From contig WRPG01000003.1 of assembly GCA_009773355.1 (NCBI GenBank), forward strand, positions 105,628-169,627: DNA of 64,000 nucleotides, in the 5' to 3' direction. Origin of the DNA: Limisphaerales bacterium. GTDB taxonomy: Bacteria > Verrucomicrobiota > Verrucomicrobiia > Limisphaerales > SXTU01. Positions within the stretch are counted from its first letter, which is position 1, and every line of letters starts with the position of its first letter. The notes under the pieces were generated by a model, which saw only the letters and a list, made by a program, of their open reading frames with translations, ran no database searches and was not told the origin of the DNA. The position numbers were made by a program, and so were the translations under genes. Shown here piece after piece: positions 45,803-54,887 of the stretch.

Positions 45803-47368
45803 TCACTTGGGCCGCATTGAGAAGGCGAGCTGGCGGCGGAACTGCTCGCGGTTCTTCGCGTCGTGGAACTCCACCGGGTTGAAGTCATCCGTCAACACGA
45901 TGCCGCTCGCCGGGTTGGTCGTCTTGATGCCCTCGTGCGCGTCGCGGGCCTGCTGCTGCACGGTCGAGTGCATCGCGTCGAAGTCCATCGTGCGATGCTG
46001 CTTCAGCTCCTTCGCCGGCGTGGCGACGAAGAAGACGTTGCCATTGCCGCTGGCGTGGATGCGGACCGTGCCGAAGACGGACTTCAAGGTCTTGTCCAGC
46101 GACGCCGTGAAGAAGTCCTGCCCCGGCTCGAAGTCGCCAAAGCTGTTGATGACCAGCACGCCGTCGGGCCGCAGCACCTTGCGCATCGCGGCGAAGGCTT
46201 CCTTGGTCATCAGGTGCGACGGCGAGGAGTCGCCGAGGAAGGCGTCGAGGATGACTGCGTCGTATTGCTTCGTGGCGGCGTTCACGAACTGGCGGCCGTC
46301 GCCGATGGTGAGGTTGAGCTTCTCCGGTTCGAGGTCGAAGTGCGCCTTCGCCACGTCCACGACCGCGCCGTTGATTTCCACCACGTCCACCTTCGTGCCT
46401 TCGCGGGCGAACTGCATGGGCACGATGCCCACGCCCATGCCGATGCACAGCACATCCTTGGTTTCCTTCGTATAGACCCGCGCCAGCCCGTGCAGGCCGT
46501 AGGTGAAGAGCGAGACGCTTTGTTTCGCCTCCGGGTCGTAGGTGTTCTGCGTGAGGTAGTCGTTGAGGTAGTAGCGCCGCGCACCGCCGAAGGTCTCGAA
46601 GACCTGCAACATGCCGAAGTCCGAGTTGCGGCGCAGCACCTCGGTCATGTCGCTGGTCGGCGGGCGGGCATCCATGCGCACGCCCGCCCAGCCGGTGAAC
46701 GTGCCGAGCGCAATGAGAACAACTGGCCCGTTGAGCGAAGCACCCGGCTCACGCCAGACGAGGAAGTAAACCACCGACAGCGCCATGAGCACGCCGGCGG
46801 TGATGAACATTGTCACCGAGTTGGGCAGGAAGGGAATCAGCACGTAGCCGATGAGCACCGTGCCCAGCACGCTGCCCAGCGTGCTGATGGCCGAGAGCCG
46901 CCCGACGGTGCCGCCGACGCCCGCAACCGCCGACGTGAGCACGCGGATGACGAACGGCCCGACCGTGGCCAGCAGCGTGAGCGGCACGAAGAATAGAAAC
47001 AGCGACGCCAGCAGCGAGCCGACCGCGAGCGGGAATTGAAGGCAGGCAAACGCGACCTTGGCCGTGAACGGGACGGTGAAGCAGAGATACACGCCTGCGA
47101 GCAAGATGCAGGTGTAGAGGCGGCGGAGGTCTTGCGAGCGGTCCACGAGCCAGCCACCGAACCAGTAGCCCGCCGCCAGCGAGAGGAGCGTGACCGCGAT
47201 TTGCGCCGTCCAGACGAAGTGCGACGTGCCGACGTAGGGCGAGAGCATCTTCGCGCCGAGGATTTCCACGACGAGGATCGCCGCGCCCGTGGTGGCGGCG
47301 GTGCCGTAGAGGAAGCGGCGCAAGCCCGGCGAAAGCGCGGCGGGCGCGGAGGCGGCAGGTTGTTTCAC
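45803..47368 (-). CDS. Fused membrane domain / spermidine synthase-like methyltransferase-fold protein
   Basis: The N-terminal about 210 aa are polytopic. The C-terminal region has the spermidine-synthase-like pattern (VLCIGMGVGIVP...DAVILDAF...SPSHL). Confidence 0.8.
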   Translation of the reverse strand: MKQPAASAPAALSPGLRRFLYGTAATTGAAILVVEILGAKMLSPYVGTSHFVWTAQIAVTLLSLAAGYWFGGWLVDRSQDLRRLYTCILLAGVYLCFTVPFTAKVAFACLQFPLAVGSLLASLFLFFVPLTLLATVGPFVIRVLTSAVAGVGGTVGRLSAISTLGSVLGTVLIGYVLIPFLPNSVTMFITAGVLMALSVVYFLVWREPGASLNGPVVLIALGTFTGWAGVRMDARPPTSDMTEVLRRNSDFGMLQVFETFGGARRYYLNDYLTQNTYDPEAKQSVSLFTYGLHGLARVYTKETKDVLCIGMGVGIVPMQFAREGTKVDVVEINGAVVDVAKAHFDLEPEKLNLTIGDGRQFVNAATKQYDAVILDAFLGDSSPSHLMTKEAFAAMRKVLRPDGVLVINSFGDFEPGQDFFTASLDKTLKSVFGTVRIHASGNGNVFFVATPAKELKQHRTMDFDAMHSTVQQQARDAHEGIKTTNPASGIVLTDDFNPVEFHDAKNREQFRRQLAFSMRPK

Positions 47369-47421
47369 GCGCGCTTTCTACGGGGCGGGAGCAAAGAGGG
47401 CAAGGCTGGGCGGAGCAGGCC

Positions 47422-47525
47422 GGAGCGCGGACTTTAGTCCGCTTCAATTCAGGAACGACCTGGCGGGCCCGAAACGGACGCGTTGCGGAACTTCGAGAGG
47501 TGAGGCGGACTGAAGTCCGCGCTCC
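47422..47525. repeat. REP-like inverted pair (GGAGCGCGGACTTTAGTCCGC ... GCGGACTGAAGTCCGCGCTCC)
   Basis: Each arm contains a GCGGACT/AGTCCGC hairpin. The arms are near reverse complements. The element lies immediately 3' of tyrS. Confidence 0.8.
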
Positions 47526-47527
47526 AG

Positions 47528-48832
47528 CTACTTCACCGTCAGCACCGTGTAGTTCTTCTTTCCCTTGCGGAGGAGGAGATGTTTGCCGAAGAGGAGGTCA
47601 GCCGTGGTGAGCGCACGCTGGGGGTTCGTCTCGCGCACGTTGTTCACGTAGATGCCGCCGCCTTCAAGATCTCTGCGGGCTTGCCCCTTCGATGGACAGA
47701 GGTGAGCAAGAACCAAACCTTCAACCAGAGGCAGTCCTACTCCCGCTAACCGAGTCGGATCCACTGCATAGAGTGGGACTTGGTCAATCACATCGTCGAA
47801 GGCACTTTCCGAAACACCTTCGAGGGCACCACCGAAAAGAATCTGGCTTGCGATTTGTGCATCCATGGAAGGCGTAGTCGTGCTAGTCAGGCTTCCTTCA
47901 GCTGGGTGAACGATTTCGCAAACGGCCATTGCTAGACGTTCTTGCGCATAACGCTTCTCCGGTTTTAGCGAGTGTCTCAGTTCGATTTCTTCGATCTCTT
48001 CTTTCCCCAAGAAGGTGAAGTATTTGAGGTAGCGGCCAACATCCTGGTCATCGGTCCTTATCCAGAACTGGTAGAATTCGTAGATACTCGTGCGATTCGC
48101 ATCGAGCCAGATGGTGCCGGCCTCGGTCTTGCCAAACTTCGTGCCGTCCGCCTTCGTGATGAGCGGGAGCGTGAGGCCCCACGCGGGCCGCGCGAGCTTC
48201 TTGCGGATGAGGTCGGTGCCCGCCGTGATGTTGCCCCACTGGTCCGAGCCGCCGATTTGCAGGTCGCAGTTGTGGTCGCGGGCGAGCACGTAAAAGTCGA
48301 ACGCCTGGAGCAGCATGTAGCTGAACTCGGTGTAGCTGATGCCCACCTCGCGGTCCTCCATGCGCGCCCGGACGGACTCCTTGGCCATCATCATGTTGAC
48401 CGAGAAATGCTTTCCGATGTCGCGGAGGAAATCGAGGAAGCTGACCCCGGCGGTCCACTCGGCGTTGTCCACGAGGAAAGCGCGATTCGGCTCGACGTTG
48501 AAGTCCAGCAGGCGCGCGAGCTGCGGGCGGACCGCCTCGACGTTCGCGTTGATCTGGTCCTTCGTGAGGAGCTGGCGCTCGGCGGTCTTGCCGCTGGGAT
48601 CGCCGATGCTGCCGGTCGCGCCGCCCGCGACGGCGATGGGGCAATGCCCGGCGTTCTGGAAGCGCCGCAGCGCAAGCAACGGCACGAGCGAGCCGACGTG
48701 CAGCGAGTCCGCCGTGGGATCGAAGCCGCAGTAGAGCGTGACCGGGCGGACGGCGAGCTGCCGCTGGAGTTCCGCCGCGTCGGTGCAATCGGAGACGAGA
48801 CCGCGCCACTGCAATTCTTCGTAGATGTTCAT
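47528..48832 (-). CDS. tyrS: Tyrosine--tRNA ligase
   Basis: The N-terminus has a HIGH-class motif (TADSLHVGS), a KMSKS equivalent (KFGKTEAG), and a C-terminal S4-like domain. 434 aa. Confidence 0.93.
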   Translation of the reverse strand: MNIYEELQWRGLVSDCTDAAELQRQLAVRPVTLYCGFDPTADSLHVGSLVPLLALRRFQNAGHCPIAVAGGATGSIGDPSGKTAERQLLTKDQINANVEAVRPQLARLLDFNVEPNRAFLVDNAEWTAGVSFLDFLRDIGKHFSVNMMMAKESVRARMEDREVGISYTEFSYMLLQAFDFYVLARDHNCDLQIGGSDQWGNITAGTDLIRKKLARPAWGLTLPLITKADGTKFGKTEAGTIWLDANRTSIYEFYQFWIRTDDQDVGRYLKYFTFLGKEEIEEIELRHSLKPEKRYAQERLAMAVCEIVHPAEGSLTSTTTPSMDAQIASQILFGGALEGVSESAFDDVIDQVPLYAVDPTRLAGVGLPLVEGLVLAHLCPSKGQARRDLEGGGIYVNNVRETNPQRALTTADLLFGKHLLLRKGKKNYTVLTVK

Positions 48833-48912
48833 CAGGCGCGGGAGTTATCGCGGCAGGGGGAAGGCGGCTCAAGGGGAAACTCCGGCGCGTGCGTGACGGA
48901 ACCTCGCTGAAC

Positions 48913-49012
48913 CCGTGCCGGCGGTTTGCAACCGCCGTCCGTGGGCAGCAGCAGTTCGAAACGATTTTGAGACGCCAACCCGTAACGCGGCGATAGCATA
49001 TCGCCGGCACGG
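48913..49012. repeat. Composite element bounded by CCGTGCCGGCG ... CGCCGGCACGG (GGCGAT-TGCAA-ATCGCC hairpin family)
   Basis: CCGTGCCGGCGGTTTGCAACCGCC (48913-48936) and GGCGATAGCATATCGCCGGCACGG (48989-49012). Same family as 29050-29073 and 42989-43012. Confidence 0.75.
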
Positions 49013-49088
49013 GCGCGGCAATCCCCTGAAACCCGCCAGCGCGAAACGCGTCTGTGCAAGCACTCGATTGCGCACTAGCTTTGCCAGC

Positions 49089-51383
49089 GTGAACTCCGCG
49101 AACCGCCAACGGCTCTGCCTCGCCGCCGCCTGGCTGGCGGTTGCCGTCGCGTTGCCCGCCGCCCCCGTGACCTTCCAGACCGACGTGGCTGCGGTCATCT
49201 CCAAGGCTGGCTGCAACCTCGGCACCTGCCACGGCAATGCGACGGGCAAGGGTGGTTTCAAGCTTTCCTTGCGCGGCGGCGACCAAGACTACGATTTCGC
49301 CGCGCTCGTGCAGGACCAGTTCGGGCGGCGCGTGAACACGCTCTCGCCGGACGAAAGCCTGCTGCTGCTCAAGGCCACGCAGGCCGTCGCGCACGAGGGT
49401 GGCAAACGCTTCGCCAAGGACTCGTGGGAATACCGCACGTTGCGCGAGTGGGTTGCCGGCGGCGCGCAGCGGCAGTCGCCCGGCGCACCGACGCTGGTGA
49501 AGCTGGAGGTCACACCGCGCGAGCAGTTCCTCATCGAACCGGCCAGCTCGGTAGCAATGAAGGCCACCGCGAAGTTCTCCGACGGCTCGACCCGCGATGT
49601 GACGAAGATCACCTGCTACGAGGTGGTGAACGTCGCCGTCGCGGACGTGAGCACGGATGGCCGCGTGACGCGCAAGGAGACCGGCGAGACGACACTGCTC
49701 GTGCGCTTCCTCCACTTGCAGGAGCCGGTGCGGCTGGCGTTCGTGCCCGCGCGGCCCGGCTTCAAGTGGGCGAATCCCAAGCCGCACAACTTCGTGGACG
49801 AGCACATTTTCGCGAAGCTCCAGACGCTGCGGATGAACCCGAGTGAACTGGCGAGCGATGAAGTTTTCCTCCGCCGCGCTTACCTGGACTTGCTCGGCAT
49901 CCTGCCCACGGCGGAAGAGGCGAAGAAGTTCGTGAACGCCGGCAGGGACGCGCTGCCGCGCGTCCAGCCTAGAGCCAGGGGCGCATCGAGCAAAGCCGCG
50001 CCGCAGCGCGGCCCTACCGACAAGCGCGCCGCGCTGATTGACGAGCTGCTCGAACGTCCCGAGTTCGCCGACTTCTGGGCGCTCAAGTGGGCCGATCTCC
50101 TGCGCGTGGAGGAGAAGACGCTCGACGCGAAAGGGATGCAGGATTTCCACCGCTGGCTGCGCGCGAGCATCGCCAGCGGCAAGCCGATGGACCAGTTCGC
50201 CCGCGAGCTGATCGCGGCACGCGGCAGCACCTACGCGAACCCGGAGGCGAACTTCTATCGCGCCAACCGCACGCCCGTCATCCGCGCGGAGGCGGCGGCG
50301 CAGGTATTCCTCGGCACGCGGCTCCAGTGCGCGCAGTGCCACAATCATCCGTTCGACCGCTGGACACAGGACGATTACTACGACTGGGCCGCGCTCTTTG
50401 CCCGCGTGGACTACAAGATTCTGGAGAACAACCGCCGGGACAAGAACGACAAGCACGAGTTCATCGGCGAACAGATCGTTTACCTCTCGCGCAAGGGCAG
50501 CGTGACCAATCCGCGCACGGAGAAGCCCGCCGAGCCACGCTTCCTCGGCGTCGCGAAGCAGGACTTCGAGAAGCAGGACGAGCTGGAGGCGCTCGCCGCG
50601 TGGATGACCCGGCCCGACAATCCGCTCTTCGCCCGCTCGCAGGTCAACCGCATCTGGTTCCACCTCATGGGCCGCGGCATCGTGGACCCGATTGACGACT
50701 TCCGCGCGACGAATCCGGCGTCGCACCCCGCGCTGCTCGAGGCGCTGACCAAGGAGTTTGTGCGCAGCGGCTTCAACTTGCGCCACGTCATCCGCCTCGT
50801 GATGAACTCGCGCGCTTACCAGACCGCGAGCGAGCCGAACGACACCAACGCGGGCGACGAGCTGAACTACGCCCGCGCCCCGCTGCGCCGGCTCACGGCG
50901 GAGCAGATGTTCGACACGCTGCATCAGGTCGCCGGCGTGTCCGCCGAGTTCAAGGGCCAGCCCGCCGGCACGCGCGCGGCGGAGCTGCCCGGCGCGCGCA
51001 TCGAGGGCCGGCGCGGTCGCCGCGCGCAGATGTCGCCGGACGTGTTCCTCTCGATGTTCGGCAAGCCGCCGCGCCTGCTCACCTGCGAGTGCGAGCGCTC
51101 CACGGACACGAGCATGGGCCAGGCGTTCTTCATGATCTCCGGCCCGTCGGTCAACGAGCTGCTCACCCGTTCCGACAACCGCCTGGCCGCGCTGCTCGAC
51201 TCCGGCCGGCCCAACCGCGCCGTCGTCGAGGAGCTCTACTGGACCGCGCTCACCCGCGCGCCCAGCGCGACGGAGCTGGCGAAGACCACCGCGCACATCG
51301 AGCAGGCGAAGGACCGCCGCGCGGGCGTCGAGGACGTGCTGTGGGGCCTGGTGAACGCGAAGGAGTTTGTGTTGCGGCGGTAG
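49089..51383 (+). CDS. DUF1549/DUF1553 (PSCyt2/PSD1) domain protein; start proposed at GTG 49089
   Basis: Signal peptide RQRLCLAAAWLAVAVALPAAP, then GCNLGTCHGN..GKGGFKLSLRG, FLRRAYLDLLGILPT, and CAQCHNHPFDRWTQDDYY. The track start 48915 lies inside a repeat. Confidence 0.85.
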   Translation: MNSANRQRLCLAAAWLAVAVALPAAPVTFQTDVAAVISKAGCNLGTCHGNATGKGGFKLSLRGGDQDYDFAALVQDQFGRRVNTLSPDESLLLLKATQAVAHEGGKRFAKDSWEYRTLREWVAGGAQRQSPGAPTLVKLEVTPREQFLIEPASSVAMKATAKFSDGSTRDVTKITCYEVVNVAVADVSTDGRVTRKETGETTLLVRFLHLQEPVRLAFVPARPGFKWANPKPHNFVDEHIFAKLQTLRMNPSELASDEVFLRRAYLDLLGILPTAEEAKKFVNAGRDALPRVQPRARGASSKAAPQRGPTDKRAALIDELLERPEFADFWALKWADLLRVEEKTLDAKGMQDFHRWLRASIASGKPMDQFARELIAARGSTYANPEANFYRANRTPVIRAEAAAQVFLGTRLQCAQCHNHPFDRWTQDDYYDWAALFARVDYKILENNRRDKNDKHEFIGEQIVYLSRKGSVTNPRTEKPAEPRFLGVAKQDFEKQDELEALAAWMTRPDNPLFARSQVNRIWFHLMGRGIVDPIDDFRATNPASHPALLEALTKEFVRSGFNLRHVIRLVMNSRAYQTASEPNDTNAGDELNYARAPLRRLTAEQMFDTLHQVAGVSAEFKGQPAGTRAAELPGARIEGRRGRRAQMSPDVFLSMFGKPPRLLTCECERSTDTSMGQAFFMISGPSVNELLTRSDNRLAALLDSGRPNRAVVEELYWTALTRAPSATELAKTTAHIEQAKDRRAGVEDVLWGLVNAKEFVLRR

Positions 51384-51417
51384 CCAGACGCAGTAGCGAA
51401 GCCGAAAGCGGTCTCGA

Positions 51418-51675
51418 ATGAAGCTCGTGGACTACATCATCATCGTGGCGTTTTTGGCCTGCATGTTCTTGGCGTATGCCGGACACCGCATGATCGCGGT
51501 GTTGCTGCTGGTGTTGCTGGTCACCTTCGCCTCGTGGCGCTTTTGGGATCAGAGGCGCGCCAATCAGTCAATGCGAGGAGCCGGAGGGGACAACCTGCCT
51601 GACAGCACCGGTGGCACGGATGGTGATTTTGGAGACAGCGGAGGTTCCGGTGGGGGAGACGGAGGCGGTGATTGA
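51418..51675 (+). CDS. Small membrane protein with Gly/Asp/Ser-rich tail
   Basis: Two hydrophobic helices and the tail DSTGGTDGDFGDSGGSGGGDGGGD. Coding status is moderate. Confidence 0.45.
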   Translation: MKLVDYIIIVAFLACMFLAYAGHRMIAVLLLVLLVTFASWRFWDQRRANQSMRGAGGDNLPDSTGGTDGDFGDSGGSGGGDGGGD

Positions 51676-51681
51676 GCCTTC

Positions 51682-51829
51682 CTCTCATTAGCACCCGGCT
51701 TCAGCCGGCTGTGACGCACGCAAGAAGATCAAACCGTTTCAACGGTTTCATTCTGCCAGGCAAACCGTTGAAACGGTTCGGCTCGCCTCTCGCCTCGAAC
51801 ACCCGGCTGAAGCCGGGTGCTAATGAGAG
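51682..51829. repeat. 148-bp nested palindromic element
   Basis: The 27-bp termini CTCTCATTAGCACCCGGCTTCAGCCGG (51682-51708) and CCGGCTGAAGCCGGGTGCTAATGAGAG (51803-51829) are perfect reverse complements. Inner palindromes are AAACCGTTTCAACGGTTT and AAACCGTTGAAACGGTT. Confidence 0.9.
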
Positions 51830-51926
51830 TGCGGACTGAAATTTCACCCCGCTTGCCCCGTCTGCTCTCCGATGCTAGACCATTGACCCAATGAACTCCG
51901 CCTGCACGCCGCACCTTGATTTTAGG

Positions 51927-53285
51927 ATGACCCGCCGCCGACTGCTGCAAGTCGGCGGCATGGGGATGTTCGGCATGTCGCTGCCCAAGCTGCTTGCGGC
52001 GGAGGCCAAGGCCGGCAAGAACCCGATTGCCCGCGCGAAGTCCTTCATCTTTCTCTTCCAGTGGGGCGGGCCGAGCCACCTCGAGACGTTCGACATGAAG
52101 CCCGACGCGCCGGAGGGCATTCGCGGCCTGCACAAGCCCATGTCGTCGAGCGCCGACGGCATCCAGGTCAACTCGCTCCTCCCGCGCACCGCCAAGGTCA
52201 TGGACAAGGTCTGCCTCATCCGGTCCATGCACCACACGATGAAGAACCACAACTCGGCGGGCTATTACGCGCTCTCTGGGCACGCGCCGGCCACGGATGA
52301 CCAGCGGCTCAAGGACTCGATTGACCTCTTCCCCGCCTACGGCTCCGTCGTGGACCGGCTCGCGCCAGGGAAAAACCCCGAGCTGCCCACCTTCGCCGCG
52401 TTTCCCTACGCCATCGCGGACGGGTCCATCGTGCCCGCCCAGCACGCCAGCTTCCTCGGCAAGGTCCACGACCCGTTGCTCGTGCTGCGCGACCCGAGCG
52501 AACCCGGCTTCGGCCTGCCGGAACTCAGCCTGCCGGCAAATCTCTCCTACGACCGCCTCGCGGCGCGGCGTGAACTGCAAAAGGTCGTGGATGCGCAAAC
52601 GCGCCTGCTCGATCACTCATCCGCCGCGCGCGGCTTGGATGCCTACTACGACAAGGCGCTGGCCATGCTCCACTCCACCAAGCTCCGCGAGGCGTTCAAC
52701 CTCGAAGCCGAGCCGGCGAAGCTGCGCGACGCCTACGGTCGCACGCCCTACGGCCAGAGCTGCCTGCTCGCGCGGCGACTCGTCGAGACCGGCGTGAAGT
52801 TCGTGCAGGTCTATTTCTCCGAGAGCATCGGCGGGCAAAGCACGACGGACGGCGGCTGGGACACGCACGGCTTCAACAACACGCGGATGTTCCCCATCAT
52901 CGAGAAGCGCCACCTGCCCATCACCGACCAGACGCTGCCCACCTTCCTGAACGACATGGACTCGCGCGGCCTGCTCAAGGACACGCTCGTCGTCTGGGTC
53001 GGCGAGTTCGGCCGCACGCCGCGCATCAACGCGAACATCAGCCGCGACCACTGGCCGCAGTGCTACACGGCGTTGCTGGCCGGCGCGGGCGTGAAGAAGG
53101 GCTTCGTCTATGGCGCGTCCGACAAGCACGGCGAGTATCCCGCCGACAAGCCGGTGAAGCCCGATGACCTCGCCGCGACGATCTACCACCTCCTCGGCAT
53201 TGACCCGCACACCGAAGTCCGCGACACGCTCAACCGTCCCGTCCCCATCAGCTACGGCAAGACGATCACGGACGTGATGGGGTGA
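51927..53285 (+). CDS. DUF1501 domain protein (sulfatase-like fold, Tat signal); ATG 51927 (ORF open from 51891)
   Basis: MTRRRLLQVGGMGMFGMSL is a twin-arginine leader. DUF1501 pattern (FLFQWGGPSHLETFDMKP...GEFGRTP). Paired with the DUF1549/1553 gene. Confidence 0.88.
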   Translation: MTRRRLLQVGGMGMFGMSLPKLLAAEAKAGKNPIARAKSFIFLFQWGGPSHLETFDMKPDAPEGIRGLHKPMSSSADGIQVNSLLPRTAKVMDKVCLIRSMHHTMKNHNSAGYYALSGHAPATDDQRLKDSIDLFPAYGSVVDRLAPGKNPELPTFAAFPYAIADGSIVPAQHASFLGKVHDPLLVLRDPSEPGFGLPELSLPANLSYDRLAARRELQKVVDAQTRLLDHSSAARGLDAYYDKALAMLHSTKLREAFNLEAEPAKLRDAYGRTPYGQSCLLARRLVETGVKFVQVYFSESIGGQSTTDGGWDTHGFNNTRMFPIIEKRHLPITDQTLPTFLNDMDSRGLLKDTLVVWVGEFGRTPRINANISRDHWPQCYTALLAGAGVKKGFVYGASDKHGEYPADKPVKPDDLAATIYHLLGIDPHTEVRDTLNRPVPISYGKTITDVMG

Positions 53286-53290
53286 GCGGC

Positions 53291-53746
53291 CTACTGCAAG
53301 CGGACGGTCACTGTCTTCGGATCATAGACCAGGCTGCGACCCGGTGGTGGCTGCGGCGGCTTCGGACTGTTGTAGGTCGCCATCAAATCATGGAATGTCG
53401 CCGGGACATCCGCGCCTTCCGACCATTTCCGCAAAACCCGGTTGTAGGCGTTGAGTTGGGCTTGGTAATCACCCGGCCCAGCCGGTGAATACATGTTCAT
53501 CGGTTCCGGCGCGCTGAATCGGTGAGCCTCGTCGGTTGGCAGCGGTCCCGTGGACGGCGGCGGGGCCAAGTAAGTTCGCGGTGCGGCTGCGGCGGCAGCC
53601 GTGCCAGCGGGCGGCACCTCCGACGCGGCGGCGGCTTCTGCGGACGGCGGAGCGGCCGAGCCATCCGGTTTGGCACGCCTCCGGCAACCACCGAAAACCA
53701 CCGATCCGGCCAACAAGACGAGAATTATGCGATGCAACAGGATCAT
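53291..53746 (-). CDS. Pro/Ala-rich small secreted or lipoprotein-like hypothetical protein
   Basis: The N-terminal hydrophobic segment ends in VFGGC. The C-terminal tail resembles the 43233..43580 product. It lies directly downstream of a prepilin-like gene. Confidence 0.55.
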   Translation of the reverse strand: MILLHRIILVLLAGSVVFGGCRRRAKPDGSAAPPSAEAAAASEVPPAGTAAAAAAPRTYLAPPPSTGPLPTDEAHRFSAPEPMNMYSPAGPGDYQAQLNAYNRVLRKWSEGADVPATFHDLMATYNSPKPPQPPPGRSLVYDPKTVTVRLQ

Positions 53747-53749
53747 GGG

Positions 53750-54622
53750 CTATGGAGCGTTGGCCTTGGTGACGCCGTTGTTGGTGATGGCGGTGTAAAG
53801 CGTGGCCTCGACATGAAAATCACCATAACCAACAGTAGCCTTCTTGCCGTGACGAAGGGAAAGCACGTTGCCGGGGTTGTTGAAGCGCCCGTCATCAATC
53901 CAAGAAGGGGCGGCAATGCCAGGCGGGGGCCAGTTCGGTGCCCGATACTCGTTGATTCCGTCAGTCGGCCCGCCGCGCTCCTCGATCAACATCCACTTGT
54001 CCGCCGGTCGTTGCACCTCGGCGGTGCGGAAGCGGCGGCGCGTGCCGGTGGCGCTCCGCGCGTCCACGTAGGTCGCAAAGCCCTCGTTCGCGCCCCCACC
54101 ATTAAACGCGTAGGAAAAGGGATAATTGGGCTTTCCAGAGGTTGGCGACCCGGCCTGCGGCCCAGTGTTCGGGCCGCCACGCTTGTTCCAGAGCTTGTCC
54201 GACGCACACCGCAGCATGGTGTTGCCATTCGTGCGGAGGTCGTCGGTCAACGGTTGCAGATAGCGCGCGATGGTGCTGTCCTTGAGCGGGCGAGGCGTGG
54301 TGTTGAGGCCGGTGCTGTTCGCACCGGAAGTTCCGTTTTGATAATGCACCCAGTCCTCGTGTGCATTTCCCAATGCCCCCTGCGAGGCACCGGCTGGGAA
54401 GCAATCATCGTAGTCCTGCGTGTAGAGCGAGAAGGCGAGGCCAAGCTGCTTGCCTCCGCTCATGCAGGAAGCCTGCCCACTCTTGGCCTTGGCCTTGGCC
54501 AGCGCCGGCAGGAGCATCCCTGCCAGAATCGCGATGATGGCGATGACGACAAGCAGTTCGATGAGCGTGAAGCCGGCGGCGGCTCGCTGGGAAGCCTCTC
54601 GATGCGGGACGAGGTCTTTCAT
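53750..54622 (-). CDS. Prepilin-type N-terminal cleavage/methylation domain protein (DUF1559-like)
   Basis: [33 protein letters not shown]-terminus. C-terminal [19 protein letters not shown] motif. Confidence 0.88.
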   Translation of the reverse strand: MKDLVPHREASQRAAAGFTLIELLVVIAIIAILAGMLLPALAKAKAKSGQASCMSGGKQLGLAFSLYTQDYDDCFPAGASQGALGNAHEDWVHYQNGTSGANSTGLNTTPRPLKDSTIARYLQPLTDDLRTNGNTMLRCASDKLWNKRGGPNTGPQAGSPTSGKPNYPFSYAFNGGGANEGFATYVDARSATGTRRRFRTAEVQRPADKWMLIEERGGPTDGINEYRAPNWPPPGIAAPSWIDDGRFNNPGNVLSLRHGKKATVGYGDFHVEATLYTAITNNGVTKANAP

Positions 54623-54887
54623 AGGCTGGTTGGTTTGGTTTGGTTGGTTTGGTTGTTTTCGTCAGGCCACCGGCGTCTGCCTGCAACGGTCTCCGTTGGG
54701 GCAGAAACCGGACGCCGGGGTCCATTCAGGGCTGCGCAAAAATTACGCACGCCCTCCCCCCGTGTAAAGGGGGTTTTCTCTGGTTCCTAGCGCGCGATTC
54801 ATCGGGTGTTGACGTCCGGACATCGCGGCCCGGCCCGCTTTGGGCTTGCGTTTTTGAGGCTCGCTCGGAAGATGCGCGCCCTTATCT

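Noticed and set aside
48048-51296. 1082-aa minus-strand ORF, plus similar long ORFs at 5208-6863 (+), 12550-14241 (+), 30476-32746 (+), 36426-37967 (-), 37974-39491 (-), 40383-42209 (+), 55010-57154 (-) and 8007-9161 (+)
   Set aside because: All lie antisense to genes with clear family signatures. Their products are Arg/Ala/Gly/Pro-rich low-complexity strings, typical of stop-codon-poor shadow frames in high-GC DNA.
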